From the IMG/VR virus record IMGVR_UViG_3300045988_147321: 64,000 bases of DNA, one strand, 5' to 3'. The notes under the pieces were generated by a model, which was given only the letters and a program-made list of their open reading frames with translations, did not search any database and was not told the DNA's origin. The DNA comes from a virus (Duplodnaviria; Heunggongvirae; Uroviricota; Caudoviricetes). The position numbers and the translations under genes were made by a program. Below, piece after piece: positions 32,040 to 41,899 of the stretch (positions are counted from its first letter, which is position 1; every line of letters begins with the position of its first letter).

Positions 32040-33233
32040 GTGACCTGGGACGATCACAAGAAGAATTTTGCTCGCCTGGCGCGAGATGGTGGTTACACCA
32101 TCGCACAGTATGCCGCCGAGTTTAATCTTAACCCTAATACTGCACGTCGTTATCTCCGTGCCTTCAAAGAAGACACCAGGACAGCGGACAGCCGCAAGCC
32201 AAATAAGCCAGTCAGGAAGCCACTAAAAAGCATGATCATTGATCACTCTAATGATCAACATGCAGGTGATCACATTGTGGCTGAAATAGCGGAAAAACAA
32301 AGGGTTAATGCCGTTGTCAGTGCCGCAGTCGAGAATGCGAAGCGCCAAAATAAGCGCATAAATGATCGTTCTGATGATCATGACGTGATCACCCGCGCCC
32401 ACCGGACCTTACGTGATCGCCTGGAACGCGACACCCTGGATGATGATGGTGAACGCTTTGAATTCGAAGCTGGCGATTACCTGATAGATAACGTTGAAGC
32501 GCGGAAGGCTGCGCGCGCTATGTTGCGTCGGTCCGGGGCCGATGTTCTGGAAACCACTCTTCTGGAAAAGTCTCTTTCTCATCTCCTTATGCTGGAGAAT
32601 GCCAGGGATACGTGTATTCGTCTGGTGCAGGAAATGCGCGATCAGCAAAAAGACGATGATGAAGGGACTCCGCCTGAATATCGTATCGCGAGCATGCTAA
32701 ACAGCTGTTCCGCGCAGATAAGCAGCCTGATCAACACCATTTACAGCATCCGGAATAACTATCGAAAAGAAAGCCGGGAGGCGGAAAAGCACGCTTTATC
32801 TATGGGGCAAGCTGGCATTGTTAAGCTGGCATACGAACGAAAGCGTGAAAATAACTGGTCAGTGCTGGAAGCAGCTGAATTCATCGAGGCGCATGGCGGA
32901 AAAGTGCCGCCCCTGATGCTGGAGCAAATCAAAGCCGATCTGCGTGCTCCTAAGACCAATACCGATGATGAGGAAAGGCAAACAGCCGTCGGTGGCCCTT
33001 CTCTTGAAGATCTGGACAAAGTTGCGCGAGAACGGGCCGCCAACCGCCGCGCCGATGCCGCATTGTGGATTGAGCAGCGTAGGGAAGAAATCGCCGATAT
33101 CGTTGATACAGGCGGTTATGGAGATGTTGATACTGAAGGTGTATCAAACGACCCATGGCTGGAACAAGACCTGGACGAAGACGAGGAGGAAGACGAAGAA
33201 GTTACCCGCAAGCTATACGGGGATGATGATTAA
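32040..33233 (+). CDS. pacA: Terminase small subunit with the pac site inside its coding sequence
   Basis: 397 aa; N-terminal HTH-like region, acidic C-terminus; size and position match P1 PacA. Confidence 0.75.
   Translation: MTWDDHKKNFARLARDGGYTIAQYAAEFNLNPNTARRYLRAFKEDTRTADSRKPNKPVRKPLKSMIIDHSNDQHAGDHIVAEIAEKQRVNAVVSAAVENAKRQNKRINDRSDDHDVITRAHRTLRDRLERDTLDDDGERFEFEAGDYLIDNVEARKAARAMLRRSGADVLETTLLEKSLSHLLMLENARDTCIRLVQEMRDQQKDDDEGTPPEYRIASMLNSCSAQISSLINTIYSIRNNYRKESREAEKHALSMGQAGIVKLAYERKRENNWSVLEAAEFIEAHGGKVPPLMLEQIKADLRAPKTNTDDEERQTAVGGPSLEDLDKVARERAANRRADAALWIEQRREEIADIVDTGGYGDVDTEGVSNDPWLEQDLDEDEEEDEEVTRKLYGDDD
32233..32391 (+). promoter_or_regulatory. pac packaging site: 4 + 3 TGATC(A/G) hexamers carrying Dam GATC sites
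   Basis: TGATCA at 32233, 32240, 32252, 32267 and TGATCG/TGATCA at 32363, 32375, 32386. Confidence 0.7.
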
Positions 33234-34717
33234 TGGCCAGAAGTTGCGTAACGGATCCACGTTGGCGCGAGCTGGTGGCGCTATATCGTTATGACTGGAT
33301 TGCTGCCGCTGATGTTTTGTTCGGCAAAACACCTACCTGGCAGCAGGATCTGATTATTGAGTCTGTGCAGGAACAGGGCAGCAAGACATCTGTTTCGTCT
33401 GGTCACGGTACCGGGAAATCAGACATGACTTCTATCATGATCATGTTGTTCATAATCATGTATCCCGGTGCCCGCGCCATTATCGTTGCGAACAAAATTC
33501 AGCAGGTAATGACCGGTATATTCAAGTACATCAAGATAAACTGGGCTACTGCCACCAGCCGTTTTCCATGGCTTGCTGATTATTTTGTTCTGACAGAAAC
33601 CGCTTTCTATGAGGTTACTGGTAAAGGTGTATGGACTGTAGTACCGAAGGGCTTTCGTCTGGGAAGTGAAGAAGCTCTCGCCGGTGAACACGCAGATCAT
33701 CTTCTGTATATTATCGATGAAGCCTCCGGTGTCAGTGATAGAGCTTTCGGTATCATCACCGGTGCTCTTACCGGACAGGATAACCGCATCTTATTACTGT
33801 CACAGCCTACACGCCCAAGCGGCTATTTCTACGATACTCACCATAAACTGGCCAAGCGTCCTGGTAACCCTGATGGCGTTTATACGGCGATCACGCTTAA
33901 CAGTGAGGAATCACCGCTGGTAACGCCAGCATTTATCAAAATGAAGCTGGCGGAGTACGGCGGGCGTGATAACCCTATGTACATGATTAAGGTACGCGGA
34001 CTATTCCCTAAATCACAGGATGGCTTCCTTCTTGGACGTGATGAGGTTGAACGTGCGACGCGGCGGAAAGTCAAGATTGCCAAAGGATGGGGCTGGCTTG
34101 CATGTGTGGACGTTGCTGGTGGTACGGGACGGGATAAGTCCGTTATCAATATCATGATGGTGTCCGGCCAGAGAAATAAACGCCGTGTAATCAACTATCG
34201 AATGCTGGAATACACAGACGTTACAGAAACGCAGCTTGCCGCCAAAATTTTCGCAGAATGTAATCCTGAGCGATTCCCAAATATCACCATAGCGATAGAC
34301 GGCGATGGGCTGGGTAAAGCAACGGCGGATCTGATGTACGAGTATTATGGTATTACCGTACAGCGTATACGCTGGGGTAAAAAGATGCATAGCCGTGAAG
34401 ATAAGAGCCTGTACTTTGATAAACGTGCTTATGCCAACGTTCAAGCCGCAGAGGCCGTAAAATCAGGTCGTATGAGACTGGATAAGGGTAATGAAACTAT
34501 TGAGGAAGCGTCGAAAATCCCTGTAGGGATTAACTCCGCCGGTCAATGGAAGGTGATGAGTAAGGAGGATATGAAGAAAAAACTCAACCTGCACTCACCA
34601 GACCATTGGGATACATATTGTTTCGCTATGCTGGCGGATTATGTTCCCCAGGATGAAGTGCTTAGCGTCGAAGAAGAAGCGCAGGTTGATGAAGCTCTGG
34701 CATGGCTTAATGAATAA
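33233..34717 (+). CDS. pacB: Terminase large subunit
   Basis: 494 aa; Walker A GHGTGKS, Walker [11 protein letters not shown]-terminal nuclease-like domain. Confidence 0.8.
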   Translation: MARSCVTDPRWRELVALYRYDWIAAADVLFGKTPTWQQDLIIESVQEQGSKTSVSSGHGTGKSDMTSIMIMLFIIMYPGARAIIVANKIQQVMTGIFKYIKINWATATSRFPWLADYFVLTETAFYEVTGKGVWTVVPKGFRLGSEEALAGEHADHLLYIIDEASGVSDRAFGIITGALTGQDNRILLLSQPTRPSGYFYDTHHKLAKRPGNPDGVYTAITLNSEESPLVTPAFIKMKLAEYGGRDNPMYMIKVRGLFPKSQDGFLLGRDEVERATRRKVKIAKGWGWLACVDVAGGTGRDKSVINIMMVSGQRNKRRVINYRMLEYTDVTETQLAAKIFAECNPERFPNITIAIDGDGLGKATADLMYEYYGITVQRIRWGKKMHSREDKSLYFDKRAYANVQAAEAVKSGRMRLDKGNETIEEASKIPVGINSAGQWKVMSKEDMKKKLNLHSPDHWDTYCFAMLADYVPQDEVLSVEEEAQVDEALAWLNE

Positions 34718-34741
34718 CTCATTGACCATGCCGGATGGAAA

Positions 34742-35593
34742 CTATTGCGCGCTTTCGGGGTTGTCGTTTACTGGCTGCCCCTTCTTAGTTTTACGGCTGC
34801 GCGTAACTGATGCGGCTGATTTGACCTTTTTCTCTTCGCGAGTGATGGCAATTTGTTTTTTTACATTTTCAATATCTGCCAGGCGATATATTTTTGCCTG
34901 CGGCCAGCGGTCGCAGATGATCGGTTCTATAGAGTCATAAAGGCTAAATTTTGCTTTCTCGAATTCACCGTTGATGATAATTCCATCACGGAGAGTTTCA
35001 TCGCAGATAAACACACCACATAGCGGCACATGGTAACTAACTGATTTACCATCATTGTAGTTAGGGCTACTAGAAATGTAATGGACGCGCAGCATTGTTT
35101 CGCTAAAGCCGTGTACGCGCATACGGAATTTTTCATCCTCCGGGTACTGCTTCATTAGCTCTTTTGTTGCTTCCAGGTTCTCTATGTATTTCGCACTGTG
35201 CTCATTGATCCCTGCGCTTTTCTGGATGCGAATGTCCTTATCAATCAGATGAATAATGCGGCCAGCGGTCATGTTGACGCTGTTCACAGCTTCTGTCTGA
35301 TAAGTCGTAACCTTACGCACACCGCGAAGGATGTTAGGCACTGGATATAAAATAGTCTTTGGGATATTGAGGTCTGGGTACTGTTCCAGTTCCCGCGCCA
35401 TTAAAGTCCATTTATCAATTTCAGCCTGAATGCTGTCAGTTTCTTTGAACGGCAGAACGACAACCGGGCGTACAGGACGACCGTCGCTGGCGGCATCAAC
35501 GTGTTGGGCGCGTGCAACAGCTTTTTTTAGAAAGAGATCCCTGAAGCTGACGAACTCCTGGTACAGTTGTTCGCCGTAGACATAATTTATCAT
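34742..35593 (-). CDS. c1: C1 repressor of lytic functions
   Basis: 283 aa starting MINYVYGEQLYQEF, matching P1 C1 as I recall it. Confidence 0.85.
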   Translation of the reverse strand: MINYVYGEQLYQEFVSFRDLFLKKAVARAQHVDAASDGRPVRPVVVLPFKETDSIQAEIDKWTLMARELEQYPDLNIPKTILYPVPNILRGVRKVTTYQTEAVNSVNMTAGRIIHLIDKDIRIQKSAGINEHSAKYIENLEATKELMKQYPEDEKFRMRVHGFSETMLRVHYISSSPNYNDGKSVSYHVPLCGVFICDETLRDGIIINGEFEKAKFSLYDSIEPIICDRWPQAKIYRLADIENVKKQIAITREEKKVKSAASVTRSRKTKKGQPVNDNPESAQ

Positions 35594-35703
35594 TGATCCT
35601 CCTCCAGAATTGACATGGCCAACAACTCACAGCGGATTACACTGGGAGTTGTTGGCCACCATTATAGAAGGATCCAACGAAAATAATAGATTTATTAGTG
35701 CAT

Positions 35704-35913
35704 TTATTGTGAGTCTGGCTGGTTAGTGGCCATGAGATATTCGATTGTGTCAGTGAGATCATCCAGGTCGTCTTGGGTGATGCGGTACTCCTGATTGGAT
35801 ATCTTTGAGTAGTGTTCAGCAATGGCGCGGGCAGCGTCGGTTTCGGCGGGGTCTACAGATAAAGCGTTAGAGCAATGTCTAACGTCGTCGATGGTTGGTG
35901 GAATGAAAGCCAT
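35704..35913 (-). CDS. coi: C1 inactivator
   Basis: 69-aa ORF directly upstream of c1 on the same strand; size and position match P1 Coi. Confidence 0.6.
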   Translation of the reverse strand: MAFIPPTIDDVRHCSNALSVDPAETDAARAIAEHYSKISNQEYRITQDDLDDLTDTIEYLMATNQPDSQ

Positions 35914-36151
35914 AATTATGCCTCACTGTATTGACAACACAGAGCCTGAAGCTCTGACCTACTGTTTCACCCATGATCCATGCTGGGGTAATCTAACAAC
36001 ATTGCGCTGTGTGTAAGATGAGCAATGCATAGCTGTAATGCCGTTGTATAAGGTTTCCCTGTTTGCTCATTTCCTTCTGAGCCGCTCTACAACGCTGAAG
36101 ACACATTAAATAGTGAATCCAAAGTCGTATTACGAAACGGCGGCAAAACTA

Positions 36152-36168
36152 TAATTTATTAGAGCAAT
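36152..36168 (-). promoter_or_regulatory. C1 operator-like 17-mer (inverted)
   Basis: Reverse complement reads ATTGCTCTAATAAATTA, 16/17. Confidence 0.5.
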
Positions 36169-36234
36169 TGTCAAACAACTATGAAAAACAATCCAGTTTT
36201 TGGCTGGTGGAGTGGGATTTTTCTCTCAAAATTT

Positions 36235-36251
36235 ATTGCTCTAATAATTCT
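36235..36251 (+). promoter_or_regulatory. C1 operator-like 17-mer upstream of lox
   Basis: ATTGCTCTAATAATTCT, 15/17. Confidence 0.45.
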
Positions 36252-36294
36252 TGATTTTTATGCGCAGCTGGACGTAAACTCCTCTTCAGACCTA

Positions 36295-36328
36295 ATAACT
36301 TCGTATAGCATATATTATACGAAGTTAT
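36295..36328. other. lox recombination site (loxP-like, spacer variant)
   Basis: ATAACTTCGTATA-GCATATAT-TATACGAAGTTAT: perfect 13-bp inverted arms; spacer differs at one base from the canonical GCATACAT as I recall it. Confidence 0.85.
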
Positions 36329-36517
36329 CTTAAGGGTTATTGAACATGATCAATTTACCTGTAAATCCATACAGTTCAATACCTTATCAGGTCAAATAGT
36401 GATCACTTGATCATTTGATCAAGGTTGCGCTACGTAAAATCTGCGAAATGTTGGCAGTGTTAGTGCTCCAGATTTCGCGTAGCGCACTTAGCACCACCAA
36501 TCAATCAGAGGTGAAAA

Positions 36518-36739
36518 ATGGGATATTCAGCTGCTAAAGTGTCCACTCATCTTGAGCTTGAGAAAAACCGTGGTTACTGGCGGGCAAAAGGGTTTGATCG
36601 TGATAGTTGCCAACTGTCATTATCGCGCGGTGAAGAGAAAATAGAACGCACGCGCGGTCGCTGGCGTTTCTATGACGAGAACCATAAACAGGTAAAGGCA
36701 GAGCCGATCCTGTACACTTTACTTAAAACCATTATCTGA
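36518..36739 (+). CDS. cra: Small protein between lox and cre
   Basis: 73-aa ORF with GAGGTGA Shine-Dalgarno. Confidence 0.5.
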   Translation: MGYSAAKVSTHLELEKNRGYWRAKGFDRDSCQLSLSRGEEKIERTRGRWRFYDENHKQVKAEPILYTLLKTII

Positions 36740-36746
36740 GTGTTAA

Positions 36747-37778
36747 ATGTCCAATTTACTGACCGTACACCAAAATTTGCCTGCATTACCGGTCGATGCA
36801 ACGAGTGATGAGGTTCGCAAGAACCTGATGGACATGTTCAGGGATCGCCAGGCGTTTTCTGAGCATACCTGGAAAATGCTTCTGTCCGTTTGCCGGTCGT
36901 GGGCGGCATGGTGCAAGTTGAATAACCGGAAATGGTTTCCCGCAGAACCTGAAGATGTTCGCGATTATCTTCTATATCTTCAGGCGCGCGGTCTGGCAGT
37001 AAAAACTATCCAGCAACATTTGGGCCAGCTAAACATGCTTCATCGTCGGTCCGGGCTGCCACGACCAAGTGACAGCAATGCTGTTTCACTGGTCATGCGG
37101 CGGATTCGAAAAGAAAACGTTGATGCCGGTGAACGTGCAAAACAGGCATTGGCGTTCGAACGCACTGATTTCGACCAGGTTCGTTCACTCATGGAAAATA
37201 GCGATCGCTGCCAGGATATACGTAATCTGGCATTTCTTGGGATTGCTTATAATACCCTGCTACGTATAGCAGAAATTGCCAGGATCAGGGTTAAAGATAT
37301 CTCACGTACTGACGGTGGGAGAATGTTAATCCATATTGGCAGAACGAAAACGCTGGTTAGCACCGCAGGTGTAGAGAAGGCACTTAGCCTGGGGGTAACT
37401 AAACTGGTCGAGCGATGGATTTCTGTCTCTGGTGTAGCTGATGATCCGAATAACTACCTGTTTTGCCGGGTCAGAAAAAATGGTGTTGCCGCGCCATCTG
37501 CCACCAGCCAGCTATCAACTCGCGCCCTGGAAGGGATTTTTGAAGCAACTCATCGATTGATTTACGGCGCTAAGGATGACTCTGGTCAGAGATACCTGGC
37601 CTGGTCTGGACACAGTGCCCGTGTCGGAGCAGCGCGAGATATGGCCCGCGCTGGAGTTTCAATACCGGAGATCATGCAAGCTGGTGGCTGGACCAATGTA
37701 AATATTGTCATGAACTATATCCGTAACCTGGATAGTGAAACAGGGGCAATGGTGCGCCTGCTGGAAGATGGCAATTAG
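36747..37778 (+). CDS. cre: Cre tyrosine recombinase
   Basis: 343 aa, MSNLLTVHQNLPALPVDATSDEVRKNLMDMF...; essentially the familiar Cre sequence; C-terminus reads LEDGN. Confidence 0.95.
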   Translation: MSNLLTVHQNLPALPVDATSDEVRKNLMDMFRDRQAFSEHTWKMLLSVCRSWAAWCKLNNRKWFPAEPEDVRDYLLYLQARGLAVKTIQQHLGQLNMLHRRSGLPRPSDSNAVSLVMRRIRKENVDAGERAKQALAFERTDFDQVRSLMENSDRCQDIRNLAFLGIAYNTLLRIAEIARIRVKDISRTDGGRMLIHIGRTKTLVSTAGVEKALSLGVTKLVERWISVSGVADDPNNYLFCRVRKNGVAAPSATSQLSTRALEGIFEATHRLIYGAKDDSGQRYLAWSGHSARVGAARDMARAGVSIPEIMQAGGWTNVNIVMNYIRNLDSETGAMVRLLEDGN

Positions 37779-37828
37779 CCATTAACGCGTAAATGATTGC
37801 TCTAATTCTTTGATATTTATGGTGGCAT

Positions 37829-38140
37829 ATGAGAAAGGATTTCAACATCGACGGAAAATATGTAGTGCTGTCTGTAAGCACTAATATTCTGTCGCCATCT
37901 GTCATTGTCACCGTAAAGTTGAGCGATAGGATGCCTGATATCGACTCGATATCTGTTGCGTTCCCCGTTAAAAGCATGCGGAGTGCTGAACATTTTGTGA
38001 TGAATGCAACGGAGGAGGAAGCGCGGCGCGGGCTTACTAGAGTGATGGGGGAATTTGGCGAACTCCTGGGTAAGGTAAACAATGCCCTTTCAATCAGTTC
38101 AGCAAGGTCCAAAGCGTTAACCGCTTCCATGATGAAATAA
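37829..38140 (+). CDS. c8: Small protein downstream of cre
   Basis: 103-aa ORF at the P1 c8 position. Confidence 0.45.
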   Translation: MRKDFNIDGKYVVLSVSTNILSPSVIVTVKLSDRMPDIDSISVAFPVKSMRSAEHFVMNATEEEARRGLTRVMGEFGELLGKVNNALSISSARSKALTASMMK

Positions 38141-38272
38141 AAAAAAGCCTGGCAAGGAGCCAGGCTGCACAAAAGAGCGGGTTTGTATTCCGCATCCAAT
38201 CAATCAAGAAGGAGTATAGCACACAGGTACTGAAGTGAAAAAATGTGATTCGCGAGAAACAAAATATATACC

Positions 38273-38289
38273 ATTGCTCTAATTGATTG
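38273..38289 (+). promoter_or_regulatory. C1 operator-like 17-mer upstream of ref
   Basis: ATTGCTCTAATTGATTG, 13/17, with a second weaker overlapping copy. Confidence 0.35.
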
Positions 38290-38387
38290 CTATAATTTGG
38301 CCGCAGTTTTTGTCAACTACGAAGACGTTGCCATTACTTCACTCCTTGACATCATTGGCGGCCATTAGGCCGCCTTTTTTTTGCCAT

Positions 38388-38948
38388 ATGAAAACAATCG
38401 AACAAAAACTTGAACAGCGCCGCGAGTGGCAGAAGGCAGCCAGAGAACGAGCGATCGCTCGGCAACGGGAAAAGTTGGCTGACCCCGCCTGGCGAGAATC
38501 GCAATATCAGAAAATGCGGGATTCTATCGACCGCCGTATCGCTAAACAGAAAGAGCGCCCACCAGCCAGCAAAACGCGGAAAAGTGCGGTAAAAATAAAA
38601 TCTCGTGGCTTGAAGGGGCGAACACCGACGGAGGAGGAACAGACTATCGCCAATGCTCTTGGCACTCTCCCCTGCATTGCCTGCTACATGCATGGAGTAA
38701 TATCTGAAGAGGTGTCTCTGCACCATATCTCCGGTCGTACCGCGCCGGGTTGTCACAAAAAGCAATTGCCCCTTTGCAGATGGCACCACCAGCATGCAGC
38801 ACCGGCTGAAGTAAGAGAAAAATACCCCTGGCTGGTCCCTGTTCATGCCGATGGCGTGGTAGGAGGCAAGAAAGAATTCACCTTGTTGAACAAGTCAGAG
38901 ATGGAGTTGCTGGCTGACGCCTATGAAATGGCAAACATCATGCACTAA
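38388..38948 (+). CDS. ref: Recombination enhancement function, HNH-type endonuclease
   Basis: 186 aa from MKTIEQKLEQRREWQ; Cys/His HNH-like C-terminal domain. Confidence 0.75.
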   Translation: MKTIEQKLEQRREWQKAARERAIARQREKLADPAWRESQYQKMRDSIDRRIAKQKERPPASKTRKSAVKIKSRGLKGRTPTEEEQTIANALGTLPCIACYMHGVISEEVSLHHISGRTAPGCHKKQLPLCRWHHQHAAPAEVREKYPWLVPVHADGVVGGKKEFTLLNKSEMELLADAYEMANIMH

Positions 38949-39136
38949 TAAATATATTATTTTTAATCTTAAATGATTGACAACTGACAAGTGACTTGAG
39001 TCAGAATCATCACACGCCCGGTACGGATGGATCCCTTTTCAAATATTCCATGGACGGCACAGTCTGAGTACCGGGCGCTACCTTCAGTTGTATTGCTAAG
39101 CCGCCGCTGGTGGCTTTTCTTTTTTGTAGGGGCGCT

Positions 39137-39778
39137 ATGGATAAGAAAATATGCGTTGTTTCGATGAGCGTCGGCAAACCGGCGTCAATGACTGCTGCAT
39201 GGATCAACAACGAGCTGATAATGGCTGAGCGGACCAGCTACCCTGAACGCCGCCGCGACATGGAACTCCAGCTGCTGCGCGAATTGCGAGAAAAAGAGGA
39301 AAAGGGTTTTATCGTGCTGGTGGAAGAGGAAAACAGCTTTATTACTGGTCGAGTTGGCCAGCGTGTAAGGTTGCGCGATCCCTTCATGAACGGCAGGCCG
39401 GTACTGATTGAAGCAATGCAGATTTACAAGGAGCTGGAACGCCAGAAAGCGATCAAGTTACCGCGCAAGGAATCCGGCAAATACATCCTCCACCAAAGCA
39501 TCTTCGATTCCGAACACGATAAAAAAGGCGATGAATTTTTCAACATCAACTGGAGCGAAATAACGACAGAGCATGTTCTGACGTTACTATGTTGCTTTGC
39601 GACGGAATACAACAACGTTGCCAGCGCAGACTACATCAGGGCAATGGCTGGAGAAGTTGAGGCACGCCAGGAACCATCGTTACTAAGCCCTCTGATTAAC
39701 ATAATTCGCGGAACCCAAACGCTGGCACAAAAACAGGTGCCTAAGGGAGTATTAACAGGAAAAGGAAATTATCTATAA
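39137..39778 (+). CDS. mat: Maturation-control protein homolog
   Basis: Start MDKKICVV (ORF track 39110); P1 mat position. Confidence 0.5.
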   Translation: MDKKICVVSMSVGKPASMTAAWINNELIMAERTSYPERRRDMELQLLRELREKEEKGFIVLVEEENSFITGRVGQRVRLRDPFMNGRPVLIEAMQIYKELERQKAIKLPRKESGKYILHQSIFDSEHDKKGDEFFNINWSEITTEHVLTLLCCFATEYNNVASADYIRAMAGEVEARQEPSLLSPLINIIRGTQTLAQKQVPKGVLTGKGNYL

Positions 39779-39834
39779 ACGTCAATGCATTAGGGTATAC
39801 TTCTCCGTAGAACTATAAGTAAATGGAGTAAGTA

Positions 39835-41139
39835 ATGAGCGAGTATATAGAAATTGCCTATGCAGCAGCTACACATAGGCTGTGCTTTCTTACAGGCACT
39901 GGATTTTCAAAGGCTGTTTCTGATGATAAAGCCCCAAGTTGGCAATCTTTATTGGAGCAACTGTGCGGTTTATTGAAGGATGGTGACTCACTCAAAGAGG
40001 AATTATTTCCTGATGGAAAAGCAAAAGACCTTAGCCTTGAAGAGGCTGCTCAGGTTATTGCACTAAAATTTATACTTTCGGGGAAAAATATTTACCAGGA
40101 GATTGAGAAAATCATAGCCTCAATCGAACTTGATCCATCAATTGAATATATTCAAGACTTTTTCAAAGAAAACACATTTAAAGTAATTACGACAAATTAT
40201 GACAAGTTAGCAGAAAAACTGGCTGGAGAGAATCGAACGTGTACAATCACCCCCGGCCTGCCAATTCCAAAATATAATTGTGAGGTTAAAGTCTACCATG
40301 TTCACGGCTCTATAGACTCCCCATCAGATATGGTTGTTACTAGCGAGGATTATTTCAGATTTATAAATGGTAATTCTTACTTTTCAAATAAACTAAGCAC
40401 AGTTCTACATGAAAACACTATTGTTATTCTTGGCTATTCTCTAAGTGACGCGAACCTCAAGGCGATTATAAATGAATATAAGGTATTTTCACGGGACAAC
40501 GTAATGTCCTCCAATATTTTCCTTATTTCCCGAGGAAAACTATTGCAACCTATTAAAGATTACTATTTTTCCTGCTTTGGGATTAGGGTTATAGATAAAA
40601 CAGAGGTGTCTGATTTCTTTAGAAAACTTAACAAGAAAATTCCAGAAGCAAAAAAAATAAAAGACAAATTGAGGCACTCAATCAAATCGGTAATAAAAAA
40701 CGGAAGAGAGTATAAAATAGAGTTCTTGAAGTTAGAGGATTCTTTTTATCATATCATTTCCTCCATTTCATCATCTGGATATAGCTGGAATGATGAAAAG
40801 GTATTAAATGTTTTTTGTGATATAATAGATAAAAAAATAGATCTTACTAAAGAGTCTGGCGCATGGGAGCAGTATGAACACCTGGCAAAATGGCTTATTT
40901 ATTTCGGTAGTTTATTTGAAGTAAAAGGAACCAACTTTGAGAAAAAATACATACATGCGGTTGAACACTCAATGACTTATATGAATAAACCTTACGAAAC
41001 AGGCTACTCATGGCGAGCATATCTAGCCTGGAAAACAAAATGGCCTTCACTGACAGCATCTAACCGCTCTCTTATTAAGAGTAAGATGGAAGAAATCCCG
41101 CTACAACAGATTCACGATATTATATCTAAGTTTATATAG
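39835..41139 (+). CDS. SIR2-domain protein (ThsA/DSR-like NADase fold) with an uncharacterised alpha-helical C-terminal domain
   Basis: 434 aa; GTGFS (21-25), TTNYD (119-123), HVHGS (155-159), ILGYSLSD (198-205) match SIR2_2-type motifs; gene is visibly AT-rich compared with its flanks. Confidence 0.7.
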   Translation: MSEYIEIAYAAATHRLCFLTGTGFSKAVSDDKAPSWQSLLEQLCGLLKDGDSLKEELFPDGKAKDLSLEEAAQVIALKFILSGKNIYQEIEKIIASIELDPSIEYIQDFFKENTFKVITTNYDKLAEKLAGENRTCTITPGLPIPKYNCEVKVYHVHGSIDSPSDMVVTSEDYFRFINGNSYFSNKLSTVLHENTIVILGYSLSDANLKAIINEYKVFSRDNVMSSNIFLISRGKLLQPIKDYYFSCFGIRVIDKTEVSDFFRKLNKKIPEAKKIKDKLRHSIKSVIKNGREYKIEFLKLEDSFYHIISSISSSGYSWNDEKVLNVFCDIIDKKIDLTKESGAWEQYEHLAKWLIYFGSLFEVKGTNFEKKYIHAVEHSMTYMNKPYETGYSWRAYLAWKTKWPSLTASNRSLIKSKMEEIPLQQIHDIISKFI

Positions 41140-41148
41140 TATATTTAT

Positions 41149-41175
41149 CTCCGGCCTAATCTCCCTAGGCCGGAG
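41149..41175. terminator. Bidirectional hairpin terminator
   Basis: CTCCGGCC-taatctcccta-GGCCGGAG between convergent genes. Confidence 0.5.
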
Positions 41176-41180
41176 AGTTC

Positions 41181-41429
41181 TTAATCAGCATTCAGGAGCA
41201 ATGCGTTATCTATGATGATCTGCTCCCATTCCTCGAATGCCCGGTCGCGGACGCCCTGGGGAACGCTGTTAGTTTTGAAATCGACGACCGTCCGCCATTT
41301 TCCGTCCGGACGGTACATGCGCAGAGCTTTACTTCCCCCTTCCCTGCGCACCTCAACGTTATGCTTGTCAGCAAACTCTTGTAATGCTCGTAGCGTCCCA
41401 TGCTTTACTGTGTAGTATCGCTTTTTCAA
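41181..41429 (-). CDS. lxc: Small protein downstream of ulx
   Basis: 82-aa ORF; assigned by synteny. Confidence 0.4.
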   Translation of the reverse strand: MKKRYYTVKHGTLRALQEFADKHNVEVRREGGSKALRMYRPDGKWRTVVDFKTNSVPQGVRDRAFEEWEQIIIDNALLLNAD

Positions 41430-41866
41430 GTTTTCTCTCCAGCCTGTGCCAAGGCTTCAACTTCCAAATCGTAAGACTCAAACTCATAGTCCTGGTCGTC
41501 AACTTCTTCAGGCACTGGCAGTAAATGCCAGGCTGAGTATATCTGACCATTATCAAAACGCTCCTGGCTGTAGAGCGTCGCGGCTATGAGTGTTAGCGCC
41601 GGGCGGTCATAACGGTAAATTTTGCGAACGTCACGGTCAACGAGACGACCGAAATTACCATAACCGCGCTCCAGTAATAATTTTTTAATTTCCGGCCAGT
41701 ATGGACCATAGCTGCGGTACAGGCGGGGATTTTTCAGTAATCGCCCGCGTAGCCCTGACAGGAAGAAATCAACGTATTCGTCTTCTGTCTTTCCTAACAA
41801 CGCTGTACGGAGTACCGCCTCAAGATATGTTTTATTCGGTTTTATTGTATCAGATAGTGTGGCCAT
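41426..41866 (-). CDS. ulx: Protein upstream of lxc, co-operonic with darB
   Basis: 146-aa ORF; assigned by synteny. Confidence 0.4.
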   Translation of the reverse strand: MATLSDTIKPNKTYLEAVLRTALLGKTEDEYVDFFLSGLRGRLLKNPRLYRSYGPYWPEIKKLLLERGYGNFGRLVDRDVRKIYRYDRPALTLIAATLYSQERFDNGQIYSAWHLLPVPEEVDDQDYEFESYDLEVEALAQAGEKT

Positions 41867-41899
41867 ATTATGCGACGCCCGGCGAACCGGGCGCTCCTG

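Noticed and set aside
35637-36016. 61-aa minus-strand and 64-aa plus-strand ORFs overlapping or adjacent to coi
   Set aside because: They overlap coi in another frame or lack ribosome-binding sites; the region is better explained as the c1/coi regulatory region with operator-like sites.
39835-41139. Thoeris (ThsA plus ThsB) assignment for the SIR2 gene
   Set aside because: No TIR-domain gene is adjacent and the C-terminal domain lacks the Gly-rich SLOG signature; it is treated as an unclassified SIR2 protein.
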